Assembly: GCF_002113885.1 (NCBI RefSeq)
Contig: NW_018404676.1
Location: 92,948 to 156,947, forward strand
DNA length: 64,000 bases
DNA from: Mizuhopecten yessoensis
Lineage: Eukaryota
Direction: 5' to 3'
Each line of letters starts with the position of its first letter. The stretch's first letter is position 1. The position numbers were made by a program, and so were the translations under genes. Of this stretch, positions 40,001-52,385 are shown piece by piece. Below the pieces are notes generated by a model. It was not told where the DNA came from. It searched no databases and was given only the letters and a program-made list of their open reading frames with translations.

Positions 40001-41891
40001 CAAGCTCTCCAGAACAAGCATGACATCAGTCACCTCAAGCAGCTGGCGCTTCAGAGATTCCACAACCTCTGTAGACATGTTCAACTGACTCTTGATCTAA
40101 AACACAAAAGTTGTTGTTGATAATTGAGACTGCTTTTAGATGTAAAACAAGGGCAAGTTGTGAGTCACAATGACATTTGGCTCAGGGGTCACACAATAGA
40201 TTCATTGTACAAAAAAATACATGCAAGTACCCCAATACTTCCAAAGTTTGGCATAAAGTTAAGCTTTTGTTAACTTGAAATCAACATTCATATAAAATAT
40301 ACCTCATTTTCAATCCTATCAGAGACATCTGACATTTCTTTCGAAATTCTTTCCACATTTTCTGCCAGCTCTTCAGATGTGCTCATGGTAGACTGGAAGT
40401 CTATGTACTTGTTGTGCGTCACTTCAAACACCTGTATCTTCAGGGAGTCAATCTGCTTAGTAAGGGCATCTAGCTTCCCCTGTACCTCCTGGGTCTCCAG
40501 TTTACCTTAATATTGTAATACAACAATTAAGTACATTTATTCGTAAATTTGTTTCAAATCTAACATTTTCCTTTTACATTCATAGTCTGTTGTAAAAGCT
40601 TGATTAGGCTTGTGTTACCATGTTTTTTAACGATAACTTAGTTGAACTTAGTTTAATCTGAACGCAGGCAAAACTGCCTCTATATTCAGATCATAGTCCA
40701 TGTACTGACTTTAAAATAAAATTTACTGGACTTGACATTCCTGAAACAAATCAGTGTAAATATCCTAAATTTCTGCTCATAATATAACTTAACCACATTC
40801 TGGAAGTTGAAACTATTATGTTCATATTGCCTACAACAGGTCGAGCACAATCGCACATATGGGTCAACGGTCATAATCCTGCATTTGGGTATAAATAATT
40901 ACTGTTTATAAAAAAAATAAAAAAAATAAATTTTTAATTTTGATTTTGTTCTTAAAAATATAAACATACACCACAGAAATAAAGGTAAAAACCTGTATAC
41001 ACCATAGGGACCTCTCGGATAATCTCAGACTCCGGCCAAGCCTGACAAAGAAACAAAGTACTGTACCTAACGGAAGCAGAGACGTTTCTCTATTGTCAGG
41101 CACAACCGGTAGTTAGAGACCCGAGGTACATAACAAACATAATATATATACTNCCCCCCCCCTCAATGATACCAAAACACTATTTAGGATCTAGGAACAG
41201 CAGCCAAAGCTGCATCAACCGGCGCAACGAACCATTTCGGACCAAGGAGTAGAATAGACAACTCCTACCCACCCCCTGAGGGAAGGCAACTTCCCTCACG
41301 CCAACACTTGGACAGAACGCCGACTTCCGTCAGTGAGATGAAACCTGTAAGAGCGGATTCATGTAGGTGCAAAACCCTTCAACCAACCAAGAAATAGAAA
41401 TTGGGAATGAAGTGAATTGTGATGGTATGCTGCCTTGTGCGCAACTATCTGTTATGTTTAAACAGATGACATGATGAGGATACTAGTACTGTCAAACTTC
41501 AACAGGTTTTGTACAACCTCGCATATGGGTAATAATCCTGCATTTGGGTAACTGTTACCATTTACGGTAATATTTTAAAATTTCGTGTTCATTGGGGTGG
41601 AATTTTAAAAAAAGGTGACTGGCCCAAAGGTTAGTGTGTGTGCTGAAACAATGGAATCCTTTTAACAAAGACTGAAATCAACCTAAACTATAAAAGCACT
41701 CCCCCAATCCGGAAGATTATACTCAAGATTAAGGCCTCTCAGGTAGATCAAGATTCAGAGGAGAATAACCATCAGGTTTCACGAAAGTAACAATCAAGTT
41801 TATGCGCTGTCAATGACGATGGAAAGTTATCTTTTTACTGCAACTAATATTTACCCGCCGAAGTTAAAACTTCGGTCACAAAGGAAGCCAT
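36534..41891 (-). CDS. ZW10: Centromere/kinetochore protein ZW10
   Basis: Coding exons (minus): 41891-41855, 40505-40303, 40096-38958, 38498-38323, 38013-37813, 37500-37366, 36907-36534; phases consistent. N-terminus MASFVTEVL, internal [27 protein letters not shown]-terminus [11 protein letters not shown]...[23 protein letters not shown]. Confidence 0.96.
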
Positions 41892-42381
41892 TTCGAGAGA
41901 TCTTCCAGTAGTTGGGCTTATCGGGTAACTACAAAGTGACAGTAGCTCATGAAACGTGTTGTCATTTTAACCGCCGTCGCAGGATATGGCGCGTGTAATT
42001 CAAGGGAGATAATTTGTCGGCGTTTGAATTTCGTTTATTGTAGAATCAACACATTCATTTTAATTAATTTCTTTTGTATGTTAAAAATTATAAACGACCA
42101 GATCTTACACACAAATTGGACTTGCGTACAGTCATTTAAATTACTGATGTAATCTATGTGCGGTACTGTTCGGATAATACTTCCGGTAACAAAACGAAAG
42201 TACAAATAGTATATTTATTTATTGATTTGCCTATCCAGAATTAGAAACAGAAAATAAAGTACTGTTAAAATGGGTATCAAAAAAGGCATGGAATGGATTA
42301 TGATGTTGTAATAAGATAGATTTGTTCAGAGTATCAAACTTTATTGTATAAATAATATATTTTACACTGCACAAATATGAA

Positions 42382-42452
42382 GCATCGGTGGTTCAGTGGT
42401 AGAATTCTCGCCTGCCACGCGGGAGGCCCGGGTTCGATTCCCGGCCGATGCA
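42382..42452 (+). tRNA. tRNA-Gly (GCC)
   Basis: GCATCGGTGGTTCAGTGGTAGAATTCTCGCCTGCCACGCGGGAGGCCCGGGTTCGATTCCCGGCCGATGCA: perfect acceptor stem, GCC anticodon, TTCGA T-loop, downstream T-runs as Pol III terminator. Confidence 0.97.
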
Positions 42453-43374
42453 CATCTTTTGTAACTTTGTTTTTTCAACCACAAATTCAGTGTCTAATAT
42501 ATCCGATAGTAACTAGTAAAGTTAGTTGATCTCTTGGTTACCAACTATTTTAAATATTTAATCAGACTCTTGTATACCAAAACAAATTTTCATTTGCAAT
42601 TCACGTAATACTGTGCCTGTGGTTTATTAGTATGTTACCTTTTCACTATTCCACTGGTAATTAGAAGAAGGTATTTCACAGTGGCCAAATTAGTATTAAA
42701 TGTTTTAGAATTATAGGTAAAATGGCAAACGGAGAATTTCCACCTGTAGTACAAGTTAAAATGACATTAGTACTATTGGTGCATGAGCGTAAGACCTTTT
42801 TCTCATCTTCTACATAGGTACAGTTCTGAGTAATTTTATTAAATTAATTACCATCTGCCAAAACCAGCAATCTGGTGTATAGCAAGTGTCATCCTCAGGG
42901 AAACTATCAGCTGTAAACAAACTTTGTGATATCTTGGAAGTCATTGTATTTACTGTGCGGATTTAATTACTGTACAACACTATACACCATTTTTGACCTC
43001 ATTAAAATGGACACTGATTTTTGTAACATCATTATCCCCATGTGTTAGGTATGCATATGGTTTAGATTTGTCTTCACCATGAACCCATTTCGTGACAACA
43101 TTTAATCAAAGCCGATCTTGTCAATTGGTAATTAGTAATTGGTATTGATAACTATCGATTTTACCACAGGAGATCACTTTGCGAATTGGTTTCTCGGGCA
43201 AAATCACAACAGGGAAGCGTAAATGGATTAGTTGGAGGGATCGACATAAACCACTATAATGTACAGTCAAAAAAAAAAGTTATATATATAGAGAAAACTG
43301 GCCTGGCACAATATGAAATACTCGTGACTACTTGCCAAATCCTGTTCGACTATTTATTTGTGCTTGCAGCCAAG

Positions 43375-46300
43375 ATGGACCCGTTCTCTTCAAACCGATA
43401 CCGATACAAGTCACATAGTGTCGACTATCCTTACGAACCACAGTACAAATATCAAAAGAGTTGGTTACCCATACTAAGAGAAATCTACACGGACCGCATG
43501 GACACCCACACGGACGCCAGACTACTTTTTGATGCCATAAAGAAGGGGAAATACCGCCTGGCCAAATTTATACTGGACGCTTCCCCGAGTGATTTGGCCA
43601 ATTCAACAGACTTAAAGGGCAAGAACCCCCTCACTCTATGTTGTCAGATCAAGGTAATTTCGTCTGTTGTGATTTTGACGTTCCATTGTGTGGTTATAGT
43701 CCATCACAGACAAGTCATACACATTTTTTTATGGACATCACATACTTCCTTTAGTTTCTTGATTTTTGAGATTGAAAAAAATAGCCAACCATTCCCACAT
43801 TTTTATACATTTACTGTAATCGCCGTGTCGTTCCAGAAAAGGAAAAGTTGATTTTTTGTTACTTTATAACTTCTTACAAAATCTCCAAGTGTTTATTTCC
43901 AGCTGCATTATTTATTAGTGTAGAAGTCGCGCGTTAACTGTTTCCAGTCGGATATAGAAAAGCTTTCTAGCGCGAATGATTTGTGTGCCGCAATAGTAAG
44001 GAAATAGCGTAAGGAATAAGAAAATCGGAATACATAAAACCAATTGTCTGTGCGTTTTATTTGGACATCGTATGTGTTTTCTTGTTCATCTGCAAGTTAA
44101 AATAGCATGCATTTTCGCTGACATCATATAATCGACTCTTTTCGCAGACATCTAACAATCGTAGGGTGCCGAAAAAGATTTTCTTTTTAAAAACAGATAT
44201 TGTTACGGACATAAAACAAGTGGATGCTTTCGTTGACATCAGCAAAAATGTACAACTTGTGCGTAGGTCTAACAAACGTTTGTGATTTCTCGGTCATTAG
44301 GGAAAAATATATATTTGTAGACTCTAGAAGTCGCTGGTGATAAAGCGGACATCATATAGTGGTATGTATTTTCAAGGATATCACAAATTCATAAATCTTT
44401 CTGTATACATCAGATATCGAATGTGTTTTCGTGGTCATCAGACAATCGAATGAATTTTGGCGGCAGTCATCAGGGAATCGAACGTGTTTCCACGGACATC
44501 AGACAAACGAATGTGTTTTCGTTACATCAGACAATCTAACGTGTTTTCGCGACATCAGACACTCTAACGTGTTTTCGTGGACATCAAACAATCTAACGTG
44601 TTTTCGCGACATCAGAAAATCTAACGTGTTTTCGGGGACATCAGACAATCTAACGTGTTTTCGCGACATCAGACAATCTAACGTGTTTTCGGGGACATCA
44701 GACAATCTAACGTTTTTTGGTGGACATCAAACAATCTAACGTGTTTTCGTGGATATCAGACAATCTAACGTGTTTTCATGGACATCAGACAATCGAATGA
44801 ATTTTCGCGACATCAGACAATCTAACGTTTTTCCACGGACATCAGATATCGAATGTGTTTTCGTGGTCATCAGACAATCGAATGAATTTTCGCGGCAGTC
44901 ATCAGGGAATCGAACTTTTTTCAACGGACATCAGACAAACGAATGTGTTTTCGTGACATCAGACAATCTAACGTGTTTTCGGGGACATTAGAAAATCTAA
45001 CGTGTTTTCGTGGACATCAAACAATCGAATGAATTTTCGCGACATCAGACAATCTAACGTTTTTCCACGGACATCAGACAAACGAATGTGTTTTCGGGGA
45101 CATCAGACAATCTAATGTGTTTTCGCGACATCAGACAATCTAATGTGTTTTCGTGACATCAGACAATCTAACGTGTTTTCGTGGACATCAAACAATCTAA
45201 CGTGTTTTCGTGGACATCAAACAATCTAACGTGTTTTCGTGGACATCAGACAATCGATTGTGTTATCGTTAATATCGTACATTAATATGTTAAAAGGTAT
45301 TTTTATCATCGTTTCTATCATATTTATTTTTGGTACATTCCCAGAATTTTACTATGCACAGATAATATCACATGTTATCAATGTTGCTATACGGGAATTA
45401 TAAAAGCACAGCATTAAAACGGAAAAGAATTCCTTGACAAGGGAAGTAGCTCCAAGCAAGAATAATTAATTTTTGTTCCTTTATATTCCTCCATTCTTCA
45501 TTATAATCGGGAGCATAGGGGCTTGAGATTATTTTACAGCTATAATTGACTAAGGTGTTCAAAGTCTTTTTACACGTTTTATGGGTTATGCCCATGTAGT
45601 GGTAACATTTCCCGTAGTAACAGGTTCCAGATGGTACGATAAATCGTTAAATTATTCTTCATATTAGCAGAACCAGATAATGATGGACGAAACCACATAA
45701 ATTGCACTTCATTTTGTATTGTCCGTTTGATACCAATATAAGAAAGTTCATGTCCGTCTATTACAGTTTATTATCATAGTATGACGTCGGCCGCCGTTTG
45801 GTACAGAATCTATAACCACAGCTCCCTACAACAACGTTTTAATGCTCACCAATACAACTAATAACCTACAATCTTACATTGTGTACACAAACAAAGTTAT
45901 AAAAAGTAGATACGTCCAAGGTACCTTATCTTCGGGTAAAAAAACAATAGTCTGGTTCACGTAACACACCTGAAAAAATAGGGTACTCGGTCGGTAGGCA
46001 AGTAATTTTATTTTAATTTCAATATTTTTATTTTTATATATCAACATATTTTTTATTAAAACAATTACAATGAATTTCCACTCTTTACAATGCCTGTTGA
46101 TTTGTCTAGAATTAATAAGGGTCAGACCCCAGAACAGGAAGAAATTATATTTTAACGAGTGGCTGTGAGCTTTGCCTGGCTAATAAATTAGTCTTCGGGA
46201 TACAAGTCGGCAGGAAAATCTACGGTACGTCGGGGTAACTGAAATACCCACTCATTGGCCTCATTAAATACGGACTGTACACAGTTGAACTTAACCTGTT

Positions 46301-49300
46301 CGAATTAAATGGGTAAATTGTGTTTGGTTTGTTAAGATACCTGGCAGATTATTAATCAACAATCACTTTTCATCACAAAGTCGTTTTACCTTGTCCCTTC
46401 CGATTATCGGTACGTTCTTATGCACCTTGTGTGTATTTGGTATGTCTAGGAACAGATGCAAAGGAGCGAGATGAGCCTGCTGTTCCTGGAGAAAGGAACG
46501 GACGTGAACTCTCAAGATGACCACGGACGCACGACGATGAGTTACGCGTGCGAAACGAAATGTAATGATATCGTCGACATACTTGTCAGACAGAACGACG
46601 TCGATCCCGATCTGGAGGACCTCAAAGGTAGGGTAAACATAGAGGTCGTACTGTCAACACAGCTCTGTGGTGTCTATACAAACACACACACACATGTACT
46701 TGTCTACAGAGCCCTGTGTTATATATACTATCAAACATATACACGTACCTGTCTACAGAGCCCTGTGTTATATATACTATCACACATACTCACGTATCTC
46801 TCTACAGAGCCCTGTGTTATATATACTAAAACACATATACACGTACCTGTCTATAGAGCCATGTGTTATATATACTAAAACATATACTCGTGTACATGTC
46901 TACAGAGCCCTATGGTGTCTGTATTAACACATATACTGTTATGCATGTGTCTAGTGCCATGTATTTGTTTATGCTTACGAATAGATTATGTCACCTGTCT
47001 TTAGAGCCCCGTGTTATCTATACTACTGTACCTGTCTACAGAGCCCGTGTTGTGTATAATTACGTAATTTATTATTTATTCGTGTATCTGTTTACAGAGC
47101 CCTGTTTTGTCTATGCTATCACATATACTCTTGTTCCTGTCTTCAACATGATAGCACTTGGCAAGGATGTTTTTTGGGGTCTGACTAAATGGCGTGTGCA
47201 AGTGAGACAACACTTAGACAAAGATTAGGGAAGTGCGGTAAGGAGAGCAAAACAACTCAAAATGTATCACAATGAGGGTTGCAAATAAGTTCTGGGCCCG
47301 TAATCAAGAAACCGTTAAGTCGCCGTTCACGACTCGCCGAAGGGTAGAGCAGGCCTATTTACCCCACGAACCTGATTCATTAGAAATGGCTGATATCATT
47401 TATCTGAATGAGTAATACCACCAATGTGATTGAAAGTAAAAATGTAACCCGTGTTTGATAAGTAATTAACAGACAAAGAAAACCGCTGTCATTGGCAAAA
47501 TCGCCTGTATATGACTCCAGTAGCTGTGCATTTGACGTATTTAGCTTGCAGCTCAATATAAAACTGCAGTAATCAAGATAATTAAGCCACGAATATTATC
47601 GACAATTAATGTGTTTCCAGCTATTGTCAATTAAATTGGACGCAAGTCACTTTTCGATTGTTTACAACGATAACTTTTCCAAAAAACTGTTTAAATGCAA
47701 AACTATAAAATATTTGTAACATTTTGAAAATGACATTTATGGCTGCTCATCGTTCAGTGTAGTTACTTAGCTCATCGTTCAATGTAATTAATTAGTTCAT
47801 TGTTCAATGTAATTACTTAGTTCATCGTTCAATGTAATCATTTAGCTCATCGTTTAATGCAGTTACTTCCCTCATCGTTCAATGTACTTACTTAGCTCAT
47901 TATTCAATGTAGTTATTTAGCTTATCGTTCAATGTAGTTATTTAGCCTATCGTTCAATGTAGTTATTTAGCTCACCGTTCAATGTAGTTATTTAGCTCAT
48001 CGTTTAATGTAGTTATTTAGTTCATCGTTTAATATAGTTATTTAGCTCATCGTTCAATGTAATTACTTAGCTCATCGTTTAATTTAGTTACTTAGCTCAT
48101 CGTTCAATGTAATTACTTAGCTCATTATTCAATGTAGTTATTTAGCTTATCGTTCAATGTAGTTATTTAGCTTATCGTTCAATGTAGTTATTTAGCTCAC
48201 CGTTCAATGTAGTTATTTAGCTCATCGTTTAATGTAGTTACTTCGCTCATCCTTCAATGTAATTACTTAGCTCATCGTTTAATGCAGTTACTTCCCTCAT
48301 CGTTCAATGTACTTACTTAGCTCATTATTCAATGTAGTTATTTAGCTTATCGTTCAATGTAGTTATTTAGCCTATCGTTCAATGTAGTTATTTAGCTCAC
48401 CGTTCAATGTAGTTATTTAGCTCGTCGTTTAATGTAGTTATTTAGTTCATCGTTTAATTTAGTTACTTAGCTCATCGTTCAATGTAGTTATTTAGCTCAT
48501 CGTTCAGTGTAGTTATTTAGCTCATCGTTCAATGTAGTTACTTGTAGCTCATTGGTCAATATTTTTATTTTGACTGACGGCTAAAGGCCATAATTAATTC
48601 TCTTGTGTCATTTTCTAACTAAAGGCTCCAACTAATTCCCGTGTGTCATCCTTTTTTTACCTAAAGGCAAAAATGCATTGGCATGTGTCATGTCCATGTG
48701 CCTTTTTTTTTTTTATCTCACTGTCGTATCTGCTTATTATCTTTATTAACTGATTGTACTGTGTATTGACTGACGGCCACAGTTTATTCGCCTTTGCTCA
48801 TGTAAAGCTGTTTACATATTGTAATAGGCAACCATAGTTCATTTGACTTTAAAAGGATTTTGAATGGCGACCAACAATTAACTCTTTGACGTGTATTAGC
48901 ATTTTGAATGATGCTGAAGCGTGTTTACTTTGACTTACGTCTTCAGCTCATAGTTCATTGTCTTCATTTCGACGGTACCAACTCATGAGTAACTTGTGTC
49001 TTATTTTTTGTCCATATAGCTCGTTTGGTCTCTGTATTTATTTTAACTGACAGTCACAGCTCATCGATTTGTGTATATTGACTGTCAGACATAGCTCATT
49101 GGGCTGTGATTTGACTTACAGCCACAACTCAGTACTTTGACTGACGGCACCAGCCCATTGGCTTGTGTATTTCGACTGACGGACATATCTTATTGGCCTG
49201 TGTATTTTGACAGACAGCCACAGCTCATTGGCTTGTGTATTTCGAATGACGGCCATATCCAATTAGCTGGTGTATTTTGACTGATGCCACAGCTTATTTG

Positions 49301-50981
49301 CTCGTGTATTTTGACTGACGGCCATAGCTCATTGGCTTGTCAATATTGACTGACAGCCACAGATTTGACTGACGGCAACAGCTCATTGGCTTGTGCAACT
49401 TGACTGACAGCCACAGCTCATTGGCTTGTGTATTTTTACTGACGGCCATAGCTCATCGGGGTTGTGTTTTTTGACCGACAGCCATAGCTCATCGGGGTTG
49501 TGTTTTTTGACCGACAGCCATAGCTCATCGGGGTTGTGTTTTTTGACTGATGGCCATAGCTCATCGGGGTTGTGTTTTTTGACCGACAGCCATAGCTCAT
49601 CGGGGTTGTGTTTTTTGACCGACAGCCATAGCTCCTCGGAGTTGTGTTTTTTGACCGACAGCCATAGCTCACTGGCCTGTGTAATTATATTTATTGTAAA
49701 CCATAGCTCATTGACGTGAGAATACATTTCTAACCTACCACTACCGATATACACACTAAATATCACTGAGTTGAAGAGTGTTTATCGATAGGTAGCAAGG
49801 TAAACGTATATAGCAAAGGCCATTATACGATTGTAAAACGGCACATTGTTTGGAGTAAGGCTTCACGCGAATGATCATGGCTAACAACTTATGTTTCTAT
49901 TGTTGCAGGCAATACACCGCTCATATACGGCTCTATAGTCGGAAATGATGTCGCCACGGATTTGTTGACTCGCAACTTCCGGCGACTTGGGTTGGAGATT
50001 GATCATGCGAACAAAAACGGTTTCACAGCTCTCTTGACTGCAGCCAAGCACGGGAACATCTCTTGTGCCCGAATCCTTGCCCAGCAAGGTCAGGCTTCGC
50101 TCCATGTCAGGGACAAAGTACATGGCTACTCTGTTCAAGAATGGTTAAAACTCGGCGGATATACACTCGAAGATATAGTTTCAGAGAAAAAAATAAACCA
50201 GTTGAAGTTTAAGCCCAAATTTGTCAACGCACTCAGCATCACACGACTCTCAATTCCAAACAGTTATAACACTGGTGATGATACCAGTGATAACGACGAC
50301 CATCGTGGCGAGGTCGAACGGTACAGTGGTCACAGAGACGAGAGAAGGAGTATCCACCGACAGTCTAGCTATAGAGAGGACAGGGGCAGCCGTAGGGACA
50401 ACATAGATCGTAGAGGCAGTCACCGGGAAGACAGGCGAGGCAGCCCGCGTGATGACAGACGAGGAAGTCCGCGTGAAGACCGTCGGGGCAGTTTCCGACA
50501 GGAGCATCGGAATAGTCAGAGGGAGGACAAAAGGTCCAGTTTCAGAGATGAGAAACGAGAGAGTTTGAGGAGATTGAGAAAACAGCAAAGTACTGAAAAA
50601 GAACGTAAGGAAATGTTAAGCCGGGAGATCGTCGACCTGATCGAGTCAAACGGGAACTCCGGAGAGAGCACACTGATAATCGACCCGAGTTTACCGGTTT
50701 CGAATTCCATGCTGAGAAGGAAAAGTTTGATGAGTGTGATCGACCCGACGGTACTGAAGAACGTCATCGTCCTGCCTCCCATCAACAAGCTGCAACTCGA
50801 CGATTCCGACCCTAGCGACACGGACGCTGATAACACAGAGGTCGACGACTACGAGCAAAACACCGTGCAACGGAAAGATTTCATTTGTGCGAGAACCGAT
50901 CTCGTGCGTAATGACGACGATGATGACGACAGTGAAACTGTATACACTAGTAAGGAAGATGATCGGGCGCCGATTTTCTGA
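43375..50981 (+). CDS. Ankyrin-repeat protein (ANKRD63/ANKRD34-like) with an Arg/Ser/Asp-rich repeat tail
   Basis: Exons 43375-43653, 46450-46627 and 49909-50981 in phase. Ankyrin motifs D.KGKNPLTLCC, DVNSQDDHGRTTMSYAC, DLKGNTPLIYG, FRRLGLEIDHANKNGFTALLTAAKHGN. The subfamily call is from recalled motif similarity only. Confidence 0.85.
44405..45262. repeat. 28-29-bp minisatellite (GACATCAGACAATCTAACGTGTTTTCGTG) in intron 1 of the ankyrin gene
   Basis: About 30 tandem units, with degenerate copies upstream to ~44110. Confidence 0.95.
46690..47110. repeat. Degenerate ~48-bp minisatellite (TGTCTACAGAGCCCTGTGTTATATATACT...)
   Basis: About 8 imperfect tandem units just after the second coding exon. 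Confidence 0.85.
47745..48555. repeat. 25-bp minisatellite (TTAGCTCATCGTTCAATGTAGTTAT)
   Basis: About 32 tandem units. Confidence 0.95.
49040..49672. repeat. 36-bp minisatellite (GACAGCCATAGCTCATCGGGGTTGTGTTTTTTGACC), degenerate toward the 5' side
   Basis: About 6 near-perfect units at 49440-49670 and older copies upstream; source of the spurious ELWLSVKKHNPD ORF. Confidence 0.9.
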
Positions 50982-51857
50982 AGGGATATCTTTCAAAGAT
51001 TGGTATCCTCATTTTCGGTTATTACTGTTCACGATAGGTGGCCGTGATTGTATAGAAACACGCGGGTAATTTGTATCTATATATAACGTCGAGTGATTTT
51101 TGTCTGAAAACTTCCCACTAAACGCGTTTAATCATTCCTTGTATCCGTGTATTTTTACAATGTCCGCCATTCGTTGAACACAAAACAGACCTTTGTTTCG
51201 AAATGCGATTCTGATATCCGACCAACCTGTCAATCTCCAACACCAAAACACTAAAAGTGTCACCTTGACAGCTCGGAATCCACTGACAAACTAAGTAGGC
51301 TTACTATGGTAATTGACAGTCACTGGAAGATGTTAAGAACAATATATTTCGGTTAACAAACGAAGAAATCAAGACAATGATTAAACAATATAATATTTAA
51401 AATGTATGTGTTTATGGCCTGTGATAATCGGATGTTATAAACTGTCGTTTTCGTTCACAGATGTGACGTGACGCTGACGTAACGTTGTGTCCCGTTCATT
51501 AGACGGCGCCACAAACGGTTAGTTTGCAATGTTAGCGCAGCAAAATCGAATCTTGCTATCAAGGGAGTTACAGTGGCATTTATTCAATTTAAACCAGAGT
51601 TACTGCCCGTCCTACTCGTCCTGTGGTACTGGGTGTAGTGATTATTATCATACGAAGGTGAGATACATCATTTACATTTGTGAATTTATTTTCAAAATTC
51701 GTTCTATATTGCATAAAAATATCTTTTCCAAACATCGAAAAATATATCAATCGTTTTTTTTTTTATAAAAACGTTAATATATATATGCAACTCCAAGTGA
51801 ATTTACACCTTTTATACACCGAAACACGTTTTCTCGTAAACTGATTGTGGTATTAAG

Positions 51858-52385
51858 GTGACAAACTGTGATGTTAGGTACAGTCGGGAACCTTGATAAT
51901 CCGGACAAGTGATAGACTGTGATGTTAGGCACAGTCGGGAACCTTGACAATCCGGACAAGTGGTAGACTGTGATGTAAGAAGCAATCGGGAACTTTGATA
52001 ATCCGGACAAGTGATAGACTGTGATGTAAGGTACAGTCGGGAACCTTGATAATCCGGACAAGTGATAGACTTTGATGTTAGGTACAGCCGGGAACCTTGA
52101 TAATCCGGACAAGTGATAGACTTTGATGTTAGGTACAGCCGGGAAACTTGATAATCCGGGCAAGTGATAGACTGTGATGTTAGGTATACATCCGGAAAAC
52201 TTGATAATTCGGGCAAGTGATAAACAGGGATGTTAGGTAAAGTCGGGAACTTTCATAATGCGGACTATTGGTAAACTGTGATGTGAGGTACACTCGGGAA
52301 CCTTGATTAACCGGACAAGTGATAGACTGAGCTATTATACATAGTGGGAAACTTCATAATCCGGACAAGTGATAGACTGTGATCT
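51858..52385. repeat. 51-bp minisatellite (GTGATAGACTGTGATGTTAGGTACAGTCGGGAACCTTGATAATCCGGACAA)
   Basis: About 10 tandem units downstream of the ankyrin gene stop. Confidence 0.95.
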
